DNA of 64,000 nucleotides, from positions 107,198,001 to 107,262,000 of the forward strand of contig JAGIQG010000005.1 in assembly GCA_024679065.1 (NCBI GenBank), in the 5' to 3' direction. This stretch comes from Sphyrna mokarran (lineage: Eukaryota). Made by a program: the position numbers and the translations under genes. Shown here piece by piece: positions 24,215-36,297 of the stretch; positions within the stretch are counted from its first letter, which is position 1, and every line of letters starts with the position of its first letter. The notes below the pieces were generated by a model. The model saw only the letters and a program-made list of their open reading frames with translations. It did not search any database and was not told the DNA's origin.

Positions 24215-25730
24215 CATCCTTAAGAATCAGGAATACCCTTTCTCTCTATCCATTCCTTGTCATTTTACAATTTGATGTACTGTAATACAGTAATTGGTCT
24301 GTGCCTAAGGTAACAACATGAGAACACTATCCACCAGGTACATGGCACATACTCTTGCAATTCGACCAACATTGCCTACCTAATATGCTGCAGGAAAGGA
24401 TGTTCTGAAGCATGGTACATTGGGTAGACCATGCAGATGCTACAACAACGGATGAATGAACACCGCTCAACAATCACCAGGCAAGACCATTCCCTTCCTG
24501 TTAGCCGACACTTAAGTGGTCACGGGTATTCGGTCTCTGATCTTTGGGTAAGCGTTCTCCAAAGCGGCCTTCACGACACACAACAGCACAGAGTCACTGA
24601 GCAGAGACTGATAGCCAAGTTCCATACAACTGGGATCTTGGGTTCATGTCACACTATCTGTAACCCCCATGACTTGCCTGGACTTGTAAAATCTCACTTA
24701 CTGTCCTGTCTGGAGATAATACACATCTCTCTAACCCATGTTAATGCTACCTCCACTCACATTGTCTGCATTTTTAAGACTTGAATAGCAGGTTAGTTGT
24801 AAAGACTTGCATTCTAATCAGTATCCTGTAAACTGTGTGTCTTTGTATGCCCTTCTCTAATCAGAACCTTCCACATACGTGACGAAGGAACGCCATTTCC
24901 AAAAGCTTGTGAGATTACTATCAAATAAACTGATTGGACTCTAACTTAATGTTGTGAGACTTCTTACTGTGTTTATCCCAGTCCAATACCGGCATCTCTA
25001 CATCATGACTACCTCAGGTAACAATCCAGAGATGGTTACCTTTTGAGGTTGTGTGTTTTACTTTGGACCTGAACTCCTCAAACCTCTCTCAGTCGAACAT
25101 CATTCCCATTGTTGCATCTAAGTCATTTGCTCCTACGTAGACCACAACAAATCACCCTGACCCTCTCCTTGTTTATCTCCAGTGCAAAGTGTCCTTGACT
25201 CAGGCACTGCGTATACAATCATTAGAACTCCCAGTCATGGCTGAAACAACATCTATCTCCTTGATTACATTGTCCCCTATCAGCCACCCATTTCTTTTCA
25301 TTTATTTGGTGTTTTTCACCATGGTTCCATGGTTAGTTTGCTAATCCATTCTGCACCCCTCATTTTCAATGAAAAAGATAACAAACAGTTTGATTCTGTT
25401 GGTTAAAATCAAGGGCTGAGACTCCTCCATCCTAACATGCTGGATCCTCATATCTGTTTGACACACACTCATATCCTCCTGTTCCTATGTATTGCCAACT
25501 TCTAAAGTTCTGCTTAACCTACGGGGTATGACTGCCTCCCAGAACAAGTGTACAGGTAACATCCTTTCTCCATTATGCCCTGCAGCATCTGTAACTCAGA
25601 CTTCAACTCAGTAACTCTGAGCCAAAGTTGTTCAAGCAGATATGATGGTCCAGAACTGCAATGCACTCCACAAACTCCCATATATTGCAGGCACACCTGA
25701 AAATTTGCTTCATGAGCGTTCACCATCTTA
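24215..25730 (-). mobile_element. Ancient CR1 ORF1 remnant (zinc finger/leucine zipper + SGNH esterase), split by a Penelope insertion
   Basis: ORF 25514-25726 LLEQLWLRVTELKSELQML; minus strand VVVYVGAND and KVTISGLLP near 25150-25015. Confidence 0.65.
24317..25011 (+). mobile_element. Penelope-like element 3' fragment (GIY-YIG endonuclease + pLTR-like region), 13-bp TSD
   Basis: HQVHGTYSCNSTNIAYLICCRKGCSEAWYIG*TMQMLQQRMNEHR; CCT(A/C)AGGTAACAA at 24304-24316 and 25012-25024. Confidence 0.88.
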
Positions 25731-28419
25731 GTTTCTGAGAATGGAAAACTAATGTTTTTATGAAAGGCCCTTTGAGAGTACTCTGATCCAATAACATGTA
25801 TGCAGCAGCAAATTCATTTAATCCTTATTCTTTTGAAGTTCATGTGATGATCGTAGGACTGGTATTCCAAGATATATTTCAGAAGCTTCTTTAAATTTCA
25901 TCAAGGAATGTGCCTGTCAAATACTCACCCAAAACAGAAAGGGAAATAACAAGGATTTAACAGCCTTGAAGATTGAAAGCTTATTGGAGCAATTAGAATT
26001 TCCTAGCCATTGGTGACCTTATTACTTTTCTAAGTTGTCCAAAATTCATTCAACTCTGAGAAAACCTTCAAAATATTTCAAGGAGAACAAAGCCCTAAAT
26101 GAAGTCAAATACCACTGCGATTGGTCTTTTCTACTATTCTCTTAAATTTTCACACATCATTGACCTCACTCTGTTCCCTAAGAGTTTCTTTTCATTTCTC
26201 TGGGTAATAGCCTGGTAATATTGCACTCAGAAACCAATTACCTGTTCAGTGTTACAGACACAGGTCACCTCTGCTGGGTTTCCTCAGTTATTTCCAGTAA
26301 GTTATAGATCCTTGTCAGATTCTTTTGATTATTCCATGACTCAATAACAATGACACGAGAGATTTCTTGGCAATCAGCTATTGTCAATCAGAATCAAATG
26401 TTTTGACCCACCTGACAGGAATTATCCTAAACCTAAAAGTTGTTCATACCAAGTGGTGCTACATTTGTAACTCATAATGCCACATATTTCCTCAACAAAC
26501 AAATTGAATGAAAGGTGGATAAAACAATCATTGTAATTAGGATTACTTTCAAGATTTGTGCTATTTTGTTTTGCTGCCATCCTTTGAGCACAAAGAAATA
26601 AAGACATATTTTTAGGCTAAGAAATCCAAAGTGACAGTTTTCTATTCCTTTCCGAACAGGATAACTAAAATAAATGAGAAAAAAAAAGAGCAATTTAATT
26701 GGGAAATGTGATGGTAGTTCATAGCTTTTATTTAAATGTTTCCTTTATACTCAAGTGTGGTCCCCAATGAAAATCGAACAGTCATTGGCATTGATCAATT
26801 ATCATTGTCCATTGTGGAGGAGAGGTGGGGGGGTGGTCTGCAGGCACAATTTCCCAGTGCACTCTTGCAAAGTGACAGCCAAGTGCTCTTAAGCTGGTTT
26901 CATGGCGCATTTAGGATCCACCTCACCTCTTAATGGCACCAAACTCCCAACTCTCCAAAAAAGTGACTGAATGTTGAAAGATTACAATGCAGAGCATGCC
27001 TTCGACCAGCATGTTTGCCTGGCCTTAGTTTTCTGACCAGTCACGCTGCTGGGATTCTTCAGTCCCACTGTAGTAAACGAGGATTTGGCTAAGCACCGAA
27101 TTGTCCATCCTCATTTGCAGTGCAGACAGGTCATGAATGGTTGGAAAATTTTAGTGCTAATGTTTCTCGCTATTGTAACAAAGTTTTGGGGAAAATTCCA
27201 CCCCAAATCTCCAAGATGCTCTCCACCATCTCGAGACTGGTACTTTACCCTGTGTTAAACTGTAAATCACTACCTGATTTTACTGCTATAATTCATCTAA
27301 AATCTTAATAAACTTGTTCTTACTTTGTCTCAATAAATTCAGGACATTGGCTGCAAAATCTGTTCCTGCCAGTAAAAGGAACCAAAAATTCCTAAAACCT
27401 AACAAAGAGGATAATTTTTACAGTAATTGTTGGACTATGCGGATATGGACAACTGAAATAGAGAAAACATTGTGCTCCAAACTGTAAATGTAATCTTATG
27501 CCTATGCATTGTCGATTAATCTATTTATCACTATTAAATGCAAAACATTTAGCATAATGCAAAGTAACACAATTACCGAAAAATGCAAAAAGAATATCTC
27601 TGATTGATACAACACAGAATCTGTGCAACAAGATAATATAACATGTTTGCAAAGTCAGGTCAGTTTAATACCTTTCCAGTAGTTTATCTCAAGCAGTAGA
27701 TTAATATTGGGCCTCAATTATAGAAGTTATCCATCTTGGAGAGAGTAAAAGAAATTGATGTGCTGACCTTTAAGTCAGAATAGCATCTGTTTGGATTGGA
27801 TTTTAGTTTGTCAAGTAATTTGAAAAGAATTTGGCTAATGAGTAATAGTTATCAGGATTTAGGAGCCAGCCGTGCTGCTATATATACTTGGTCATCTTCT
27901 CGGATGTGGTGAAAAACATATTAATATACTTTTATAAGCCTTCTCAATGCAGCCATAATATTCACCCAGGCACTTGGAGTTCTATTAATCTCCTGCTACA
28001 ATTTTAGTGGGAGACCATATTCACAATTTCAGGTTGATGATTTTAAAAATGTATGTCAACATTTTTGTTTGCTTTTACATGCAGACAATCCTTTGCAATG
28101 GCTTTACTGCTAATCCTACAGTATTATTATCCTTGGATTCTTTCTATTTCTTACCTGCATAATGATTGTCGGGGAAATAGAAATCATTTAAGTCAATTTT
28201 ATCTGTAGTGTGGTATTTGAAACAAAGGTATAAGTTTACATTTAAGCTATATGTATGTTTCTGTAAATGTGTGCAAAGAAAGGATCAACACTTTAGTTCA
28301 ACTTAATTTTTAGCAAAGCTGCTGTTACAAGTTGATCTGAGCAATTACAAGATTTAAAAAAAAATGAAGCTATTTGCTTTGCAACCAGAGACTTCCCGGG
28401 ACAGTAAGAACTTTTGAGT

Positions 28420-29990
28420 TCAGAACATAGGAACATGGGAATTAGGAGTAATAGTTGGCAATTCAGCCCTTCAAGCCTTCTCCGCTATGCAAATGATCAT
28501 GGCTGATGTCCATCTCATCCTAACTCCATTTCTCTGTCTTTTCGCCACTGCCCTTAATCCCACTTCTGATCAAATATTTATCTTTTTTCTTTAAGCCATT
28601 AATTAATTCTGCATCCACTGCACTCTGTGCGAATTAGCTTCTCCTTATCTCTGTCTTGAACCTCTCCTCTCTTATTCTACAATTATAATCTCTTGGCCTA
28701 GACTATTCTAGAAGAGGGAACATTTGGTTAACATTTATATGTACTCCAGCAAGTACAAGCCCAAGCTACTCAACTGCTCCTCATACCTGGAGTCAATCTG
28801 GTGATGAGTCTCTTCTCAAAAAAGTTAAGCAAAACTGAACACAATATTCCAAGTGCGACCTCACCAATGTCTTACACAATTGTAACAGCACTTCTCTACT
28901 TTTATACTCTAGACCTTTGCAATAAAGGCCAAGACTTAATTTGTCTTTCTGATAATATTCTGCACCAACATATACACTTTCTGAGATTTATGTACAAGAA
29001 CACCCAGATCTCTCTGCACAGATGCCTTTTGAATCTGTTTCCTATTTAAGTAGTAATTTGCCCTTTTATTTTTCCAGTCATTTTTCCTTACACTTATCTA
29101 TTTTAAACTCTATCTGCCAGATTCTGTCCATTCCCCTAGTCTTTAAATATCCATTTAAATCAGCTGTCTTCCTGAGACATCCTTTTGTCCTTGATCTCTG
29201 GTCGGCATTCCTCTGGTTCTTTTGAGAAATATGCTCTCTGTAGTTCCCCTCCTTGTGTCCAAATTTTTCTGGCTCTAGCTTACAACAATCATCCATGACT
29301 TAATGTAGTAATCAAGAATAATATAACATAATAATAATATAAGGACAAAAGTGAGGACATATTTTTATTTCCTCATCAAAACCTGCTTTCCACCTATTTT
29401 TATGTCATCAGCAAATCTTGTTATGTTATACTCTGCTCCTGCTTGTAGATCATTAATACAGACTGTAAATACTTGTGGTCTGAGAACTGACCCATGGGGG
29501 ACCCCACTAGTTATAGATCGTCAACTGAAGAAGGACCCATTTATCCCAACCCTCTGCTTTTTAACAGTCAGCCAATCCTCAATCCAAGCCACTACTCTGC
29601 CTCTTGGGATATAACCTTCTGGATCAATCTCTCGTGTGGCACCTTATCAAACGCCTTCTAGAAATTAAGATAGCTCACATTTACAGGATCCTCATCATAT
29701 ACATTGCAGAGACAAAATATTGATTTAGTGCCTCTGCCATCTCTGAGTTTCCCATTATTACCCATCCATTCTGTACATTTACTTTCACTATTCTCTTCCT
29801 TGTGATATACTGATAGAAAATTTTAGTGTCAGTGTTTGTGTTTGCAGCTAGCTTCCTTTCATAGTCCATTTTAGCATCTTTGATATTGAATTTCCCCTAA
29901 TCCTCTATGTTGCCACTAACTTTTACAGTATTATATGCTTTCACTTTTTCCCTTATATTAAGCTTGATTTCTACATTAAGCCATATGGAT
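28420..29990 (-). mobile_element. Old CR1 LINE fragment with internal rearrangement
   Basis: GAACATAGGAACAT tail; antisense FADD (GTCATCAGCAAA) at ~29405; ORF 29681-29869 YERKLAAN...K.FYQYI.RKR..KVNV. Confidence 0.8.
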
Positions 29991-30126
29991 GATAGTTGTA
30001 AACTAGAGCAGAAAATATTGTATACAAGAAGGGGAGCTACAAAACCATATTTTCCAAAAGAACCAGAGGAAGTGCCAACCAGAGTTCAAGGGCTAAAGAG
30101 TATCTCAGGAAGACAGCCGATTTAAA
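29155..30126. repeat. Diverged inverted repeat, arms about 29155-29361 and 29934-30126
   Basis: TTTAAATCAGCTGTCTTCCTGAGA...CTTAATGTAG versus CTACATTAAG...TCTCAGGAAGACAGCCGATTTAAA; also seen as similar ORFs 29078(-) and 29907(+). Confidence 0.88.
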
Positions 30127-30862
30127 GGAACAAGGATGGTAATGTTGAACAAGGTTCTGTTTTGTGAGGTTAGAAGTATGAAGCACAGAAAGGGCCCAGA
30201 GCTAAAGAAACACTTCCAAGAGCCAATTTTAAATTTCACCAGTGAGAGCCAGTTATCCAAAGTAACCCTCTGGTTGGTAATACCTTAACACAGCTTGTAA
30301 GGTAGATATGTTTTGTTGGTATGCCTGGGTACGTGAGTGGAAGTTTGAACGCACATAACAAAGGGCAGAGGAATACTGAAAGGAAAGTTTGAAATCCTGG
30401 ATGTGGATCCTTAGTGAAGCTCTCTGAGAGAGACTATTGCATGGGTGAAACTTCCAAAGTATGTTCTTCGAGAGCAGTGATTAGAAATCTTCATGGAAGC
30501 CAGAGTTCCAGTGAGACCAGTTGGATTGCAGTGTGACAAGCATCGAGTGGAGATTTGATGAGGAACCCATAGATATGGTTTTGAGTGGCATCTATTGTTG
30601 GGTTTCAGACTGTCAGACATTGATTACATTTCACCAACTAGTTTACATGTAACGTGTACCTTCTGAGAGCATTAGAGTATAAAAAGATCATGTTGGTAAC
30701 TGGTGTTATCCTTATGAATCTGTATATATCTGTAAAAGTATAGCTGTGGGAAGGAGTATTTATTATTGTCAATTTTCACTTGTTTAAAAAATGTTTTATT
30801 CCTTTGTTAGAAGTTAATTGGCAGTCCTGTGACTGTTCATCCATGTCTCCAAACAAAACTTC

Positions 30863-31490
30863 CTCATTACAGGATGTGGAAGTTATTGAAAGGGTGCAGA
30901 AGAGATTTACAAGGATGTTGCCTGGATTAGATGGAATGTCTTATGAGGATAGGTTGAGAGAGCTCAGTCTTTTCTCCTTGGAGAGATGAAAGATGGGAGG
31001 GACCTGATAGGGGTGCATAAGATGCTGAGAGGTATAGATCAGATGGATTCTCAGAGGCTTTTTCCTAGGACTGAAATGGTTGTTACGAAAGGACACAGGT
31101 ATTTATTAAGTATATGGAAGAGAAGGGAATGGTTTAGTTTGGAGGGGCATTGCTTTTTATTTTGGTCGGCACAACATCGAAGGCCGAAGGGCCTGTTCTG
31201 TGCTGTATTGTTCTATGTTCTATGTTCTATGTTCTATGTATCCTGGGGAGTAGGTATAGAGGAGGTGTCAAAGGATAAAATTTTCACTCAGCGGGTGGTG
31301 GGTGAGTGGAATCAGCTGCCATCGGTAGTGGTAGAGGCAAATTCAATAGGGTCTTTTAAGAGACTTCTGGATGAGTAAATGGGACTTAATAGGATTGAGG
31401 GTTAAAGGTAAGCCTAGGGAGGGATATGATTGGCACAACTTGTGGGTGAAGGGCCTATTTGTGCTGTAGTTTTCATATGTTCCATGTTAT
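30863..31490 (+). mobile_element. Older CR1 3' fragment hosting a young CR1 tail
   Basis: DVEVIERVQKRFTRMLPGLDGMSYEDRL; own UTR ending ~31490. Confidence 0.85.
31107..31239 (+). mobile_element. Young CR1 extreme 3' end inserted in an older CR1
   Basis: TAAGTATATGGAAGAGAAGGGAATGGTTTAG plus UTR and tail, matching the other young copies. Confidence 0.93.
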
Positions 31491-31819
31491 AAAAACATAA
31501 AAGTTAGAATCTGTTGAACAAGATACCATTCTGGGAGTTGCCTGTACAGTAATAACGTCAACTAAGATCAATACATGGCCCTTACAAACATAGTCCAAAC
31601 ACATGGCAACTCTCTCTGACAACCAACCTTCCCAACTGCTGTTTTGTTATCAGATTTCTTGCTGGATGTCAACTCATGAATGATTTACAATTTTCTCCAA
31701 TTAATTACTGAAGCCATAGGCAGAATTTCCAGCACCAATAGTGGCGCTGTCATTTCATTCAAGACTTAGGCTCAGAGCCCTCAAGTATGGGAGAGTCCTA
31801 AGCCTCCTGCCCCTCATCA

Positions 31820-32092
31820 TAGGTTCAAGATGGGGGACAGGAGGTTTAGGGGGAATTGGAAGGAAAACCTTTCTACCCAAAGGGTGATGACAGTCTGGAA
31901 TGCATTGCTTTGGAACTTGGAAGAGGTGGGTTGCCTCACATCCTTTAAAAATTTTCAGGATGAGCATCTGGCACATCATAATATTCAGGACAATGGGTAG
32001 ATGAGATTAGGTAGGAGTTCAGGTGTTTCAAATGTGTTGGTTTGGACTCATTGGGCCAAGAGCCTCTTCTGCACTGTATGATTCCATGATGT
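31820..32092 (+). mobile_element. Old CR1 3' end
   Basis: FYPKGDDSLE/TQRV.TVWNAL-like coding end and GGGCCAAGAGCCTCTTCTGCACTGTATGATTC UTR. Confidence 0.7.
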
Positions 32093-33225
32093 CATGCTGG
32101 CAATCAAAACCTGCCCCACCAGCAGCTTAGTTTTTCTAAGATTGGGCCACCATTTTTAAAGACTGCCCCTAGTTCGTACAGAAACTTCCATGAGGCAAAC
32201 CCCAACATCGTCCTGGCACTGTCCCATGGCACTGTCCTAGGGCCGGGGAAATATCCGGTTAGTGCCTGGGCAATGATTAGTGTAGGCATAGAGACCTGGC
32301 AATTATATGCTAATGTGTGAAAATGATGTTCCTAGATGTAACATAACATCACTGGCTGTAAAGGGGATACACTTTTGTTCACTTGAAATGCAATTTGGAT
32401 TTTTTATGAGATTTTCCGCTCCTGTCACCGATCCCACTTGGGAAAACGTGAGCAAAAGTTGGCTTTAACAACAAACTTAATTCCTTAGTTCTAATTCAAT
32501 CCCTCACCCTGTCCACTGTCTCAAGCTATATTGGAACGTTACCATGCGATCCTGAGCTCAAGTCCCAGTGCCTCCTTAGCCTCAGGCTTCCCTATTCTTC
32601 CCCAGTCTATCAGTTGCTGAAACCCTCATTCAGCTTTTGTAATTTCAAACTTGATTATTCCAAGGCTTTATATGGCTGATCACGCATTTTCCACCAACCC
32701 CCTCCTCATTAGCTTGAGCTAATGTAAAGTGCTGATGCTCATTCATCTATCAGACCAGTGCTTGCTGAAATACTTCAACTCCTTTTACAGAACTACCTAA
32801 ATTTAAAATTTCCATTCTTGTGTTACAAACCCTCCATCATTTCCCACACCCCACCCATAAACTCATTTACCAACTATTAATATACATCCAAGCTCAAGCC
32901 TCTCATAAAACCCCACTGCATTCATCCCATTGAGTGGCAGTGCCGTAAGTTGTCCAGGAGTTAAGCTCTTCAATGTTGACATGGTAGCACAGTGGTTCAC
33001 ATACTGCCTCACAACTCCAAGACCCAGGTTCAATTTCAGCTTTGGGTGACTATCCATGTGGAGTTTTCACATTCTCCCTGTATCATTCTCCCTTCAGATG
33101 CTCTGTTTTTCTCACACAGTTCAAAGGTGTGCAGGTTAGGTTGATTGGCCACGCTAAATTGACTCTTGTGTCAGAGAGATTAGCAGGGTAAATATGTGGG
33201 GTAACAGGAATAGGGCCTGGATGGA

Positions 33226-35629
33226 ATTGATTTTTGATTTAGTATTGTCACATGTATTAACATACAGTGAGAAGTATTGTCTCTTTAGTGCTATACAGAC
33301 AAAGCATACCATTCATAGAGAAGGAACAAGAGAGTACAGAATGTAGTGTTAAAGTCATTGCTAGGGTGTAGAGAAAGATCAGCTTAATGCAAGGTAAGTC
33401 CATTCAAAAGTCTGACAGCAGCAGAGAAGAAGCAGTTCTTGAGTCAGTTGGTGTATGACCTCAGACTTTTGCATCTTTTTCCCAAAGGAAGAAGGTGGAA
33501 GACAGAATGTCCAGGGTGCGTGGGGCCCTTAATTATACTGTCTGCTTTGCCGAGGCAGTGGGAAGTGGAGATAGAGTCAAAGGATTTGAGGCTGGTTTGT
33601 GTGATGAATTGGGCTACATTCACAACCTTTTGTAATTCCTTGCAATCTTGGGCAGAGCAGAAATTGGTGATCTGTACACTTGAAAATGTGAAGCTCTCGA
33701 CACTTTCTACTTTATCCCTATTGATGTAGACAGGGGCATGTTCTCCTTTATGCTTCCTGAGATCAATGACAATCTCCTTTGTTTTGTTGACATTGAGGGA
33801 GAGGTTATTGTTGCCAAACCAGTTCACCAGATTGTCTCTCTCATTCCTGTACTCTGTCTCAACATTGTTTGAGATCCCACCCACTACGGTGGTGCCATCG
33901 GCAAGCTTGAAAAGTGAATTTGAGGAGAATTTGGTCACACAGTCATAGGGGTACAAGAAGAATAGTAAGGGGCTGTGTGACACCGGTATTGACAATTAAT
34001 ATAGAAGTGGTGATATTGTCTATCCTTACTGATTGTGGTCTGTGAGTTAGAAATTTCAAGATCCAGTTGCATAGAGGGGTGCTGAGGCCCAGGCCTCGGA
34101 GTTTGGAGATGAGTTTCATGGGAATAATAGTGTTGAAGACTGAGCTATGATCAGTAAACAGGAGTCTGACATAGGTGTTCTTGTTATCTAGGTGTTCCAG
34201 GGTTGAGTGCAGGGTGTCTGCTGTCGACCTGTTGCAGCAGTAGGTAAACTGTAATGATCCAGGTAGTCTGGTAGGTTGGAATTGATCGGTACCATGACTA
34301 ACCTTTCGAAACCCTTCATAATGATGGTTGTCAAAGCCACCAGCTAGTAGTTATTAGGCACGTTGCTTGGTTTTCCTTAGGTACTGGGATGATGGTCGTC
34401 TTCTTGGAATCATAGAGTCGTAGAGGTAACAGCATGAAAACAGGCCCAACTTGTCCATGCTGCCCTTTTGTTTAAACCCCTAAGCTAGTCCCACTTGCCC
34501 ATATCCAATGCCTATATTGCATTTGGCCCATATTCTTCTATACCTATCTTACACAGGTAACTGTCTAAATGCTTTTTAAAAGACAAAACTGTACCCGCCT
34601 CTACTGTACTACCTCTAGCAACTTGTTCCAGACACTCACCACCCTGTGTGTGAAAAAATTGCCCTTCTGGATACTTTTGAATTTCTCCCCTCTCATCTTA
34701 AACCTATGTCCTCTTGACTTGGACTCCCCTATCTTTGGGAAAAGATTTTAACTTTCTCACTTATTTATGCCCCTCATTATTGGATAGATCTCTATAAGAT
34801 CACCCCTAAGTCTTCTTCTGCAGTCCAGAGAAAAAAGTCCCAATCTACTCAACCTCTCCTTAAAGTTGAAACCATCAAGTCCTAGTAGCATCTGAGTAAA
34901 TGTCTTCTGCACTCTTTCTAGCTTGATAATATCCTTTCTATAATAGGCTGACCAGAACTGTACACAGTACTCCAAGTGTGGCCTGATCAATGTCTTGTTG
35001 AACTTCAACAAGACATCCCAACTCCTGTATTCAATGTTCAATTTAGTCATAGTCATAGAGATTTATAGCATGGAAACAGGCCTTTTGGCCCAACTTGCTC
35101 ATGTTGTCCCTTTTTTAATTGCTAGGCTAATTCCAATTGCTCATGTTTGGCTGATACCCCTCTGTATCTATCTTATCCATGTAACTGCCCAAACTTTTTT
35201 AAAAGACAGAATTGTACCCACCTCTACTACTACCACTGGCAGCTTGTTCCAGAAACTCACCACCCTCTGTGTGAAAAAAAATGCCTTCTGGACACTTCTG
35301 TATCTGCTCCCTCTCACTTCAAATTTATGTCCTCTATAGGGACCTCAGATTGTTGTAACGAGAGATTGATGACATCTGTGAATAGCTCCGCTAGCTGATC
35401 TGTGCAGGACTTGAGTGCATGTCTGGGTACTCCATCTGGGCCAGTTGCTTTCTGTGGGTTGACCTTCAAGAAAGCTGCTGTGACACCTGCAATGGTGAGC
35501 AGAGATATAGGTTCATCCAGAGCTTGCAGGGTAGAGGGCATGATCTCGGTGACCTCGGGCGTAGAATGCATTGAGTGCATTGGGGAGAGGTGCATTGGAC
35601 CCGGCGATTTTACATATCCTCAGCTTGTA
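33226..35629 (-). mobile_element. Rex1/Babar-type LINE interrupted by two CR1 fragments
   Basis: ORFs 33444-33995 and 35314-35595 (KATGPDGVP..ALKSC.DQLA..FTD..NLSLQQSEVP); colinear with the 21855 copy. Confidence 0.88.
34408..35336 (-). mobile_element. Two head-to-tail 3' fragments of one older CR1 subfamily (about 34408-35040 and 35045-35336) nested in Rex1
   Basis: ORF 34757-35056 (RPHLEYCVQFW); same 3' UTR repeated twice; Rex1 resumes at TAGGGACCTCAG. Confidence 0.85.
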
Positions 35630-35707
35630 ATTGTGGTTGGTGCAGACTCTGTGGGTCAAATGGCCTCCTTCTGCACTGTATGGATTCAATGAATCAGTTC
35701 TATAAAT

Positions 35708-35840
35708 TATCTCTTAGTGTCCCAAAATATATAGGTTAGTGGGGCAATAAGTGGGGTTATGGAGTAAACCTGGGTAAGAGTCAGTGCTCATTCGATGGGC
35801 TGAATGGCCTCCTTCTGCACTATAGGAATTCTACGATTCT
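35708..35840 (+). mobile_element. V-SINE 3' half
   Basis: CTTAGTGTCCCAAAA...GATGGGCTGAATGGCCTCCTTCTGCACT...GATTCTA. Confidence 0.7.
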
Positions 35841-36297
35841 AGTTAAAACTTCCTACCTTCACAGCCCTCACTCCTCCTTTGTGATGCTCATTAAAATCTA
35901 CCTTTCTAACTCAACTGAACTAATATCACATCTTTGGTGCTCTCGAGTTTTGTCTGATAATGCCATCCCATTCCTCGAACACTGCTTCCATACACACTGG
36001 AGATTTACCTATACTTCTTTCAATTTGATGTGCAATATTCGCTGCTGATGACACAGTCTCCTTTACATTGCACAGATGGGTGTTATGGGGATAAAATGTC
36101 ATTTTTGTGATCATTTTGCAATCATCTCCATCCAACCCATCAACGTGATCTTCAAATTAAAGTTGACTGAATTTTAGTCCCTTACTTTTTTCCTACTCTG
36201 ATCTATTATGTCCTCTGCCTCCTGTAGTGTTCCTGAGAAGCTTAATGGGGAAAGCTCAAGGAACGATATCTCATCTTTCAATTAGACATTTTATAAC

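Larger units (their letters stand above)
32978..35695 (+). mobile_element. V-SINE with CR1 tail, split by a Rex1 LINE (32978-33229 and 35630-35695)
   Basis: GGGCCTGGATGGAATTG resumes as ATTGTGGTTGGTGCAGACTC; AATTG duplicated. Confidence 0.82.
32510..35935 (+). mobile_element. L2-type LINE 3' remnant (about 32510-32975 and 35845-35935) hosting a nested stack
   Basis: AETLI.AFV.S.LDYS.AL-like sequence at ~32615-32670; coding end resumes at ~35845 (SSF.MLIKIYL). Confidence 0.6.

Noticed and set aside
30160-30862. Solo LTR between CR1 fragments
   Set aside because: LTR-like composition and a TG start, but the apparent CA end belongs to the CR1 and no TSD was found; left unassigned.
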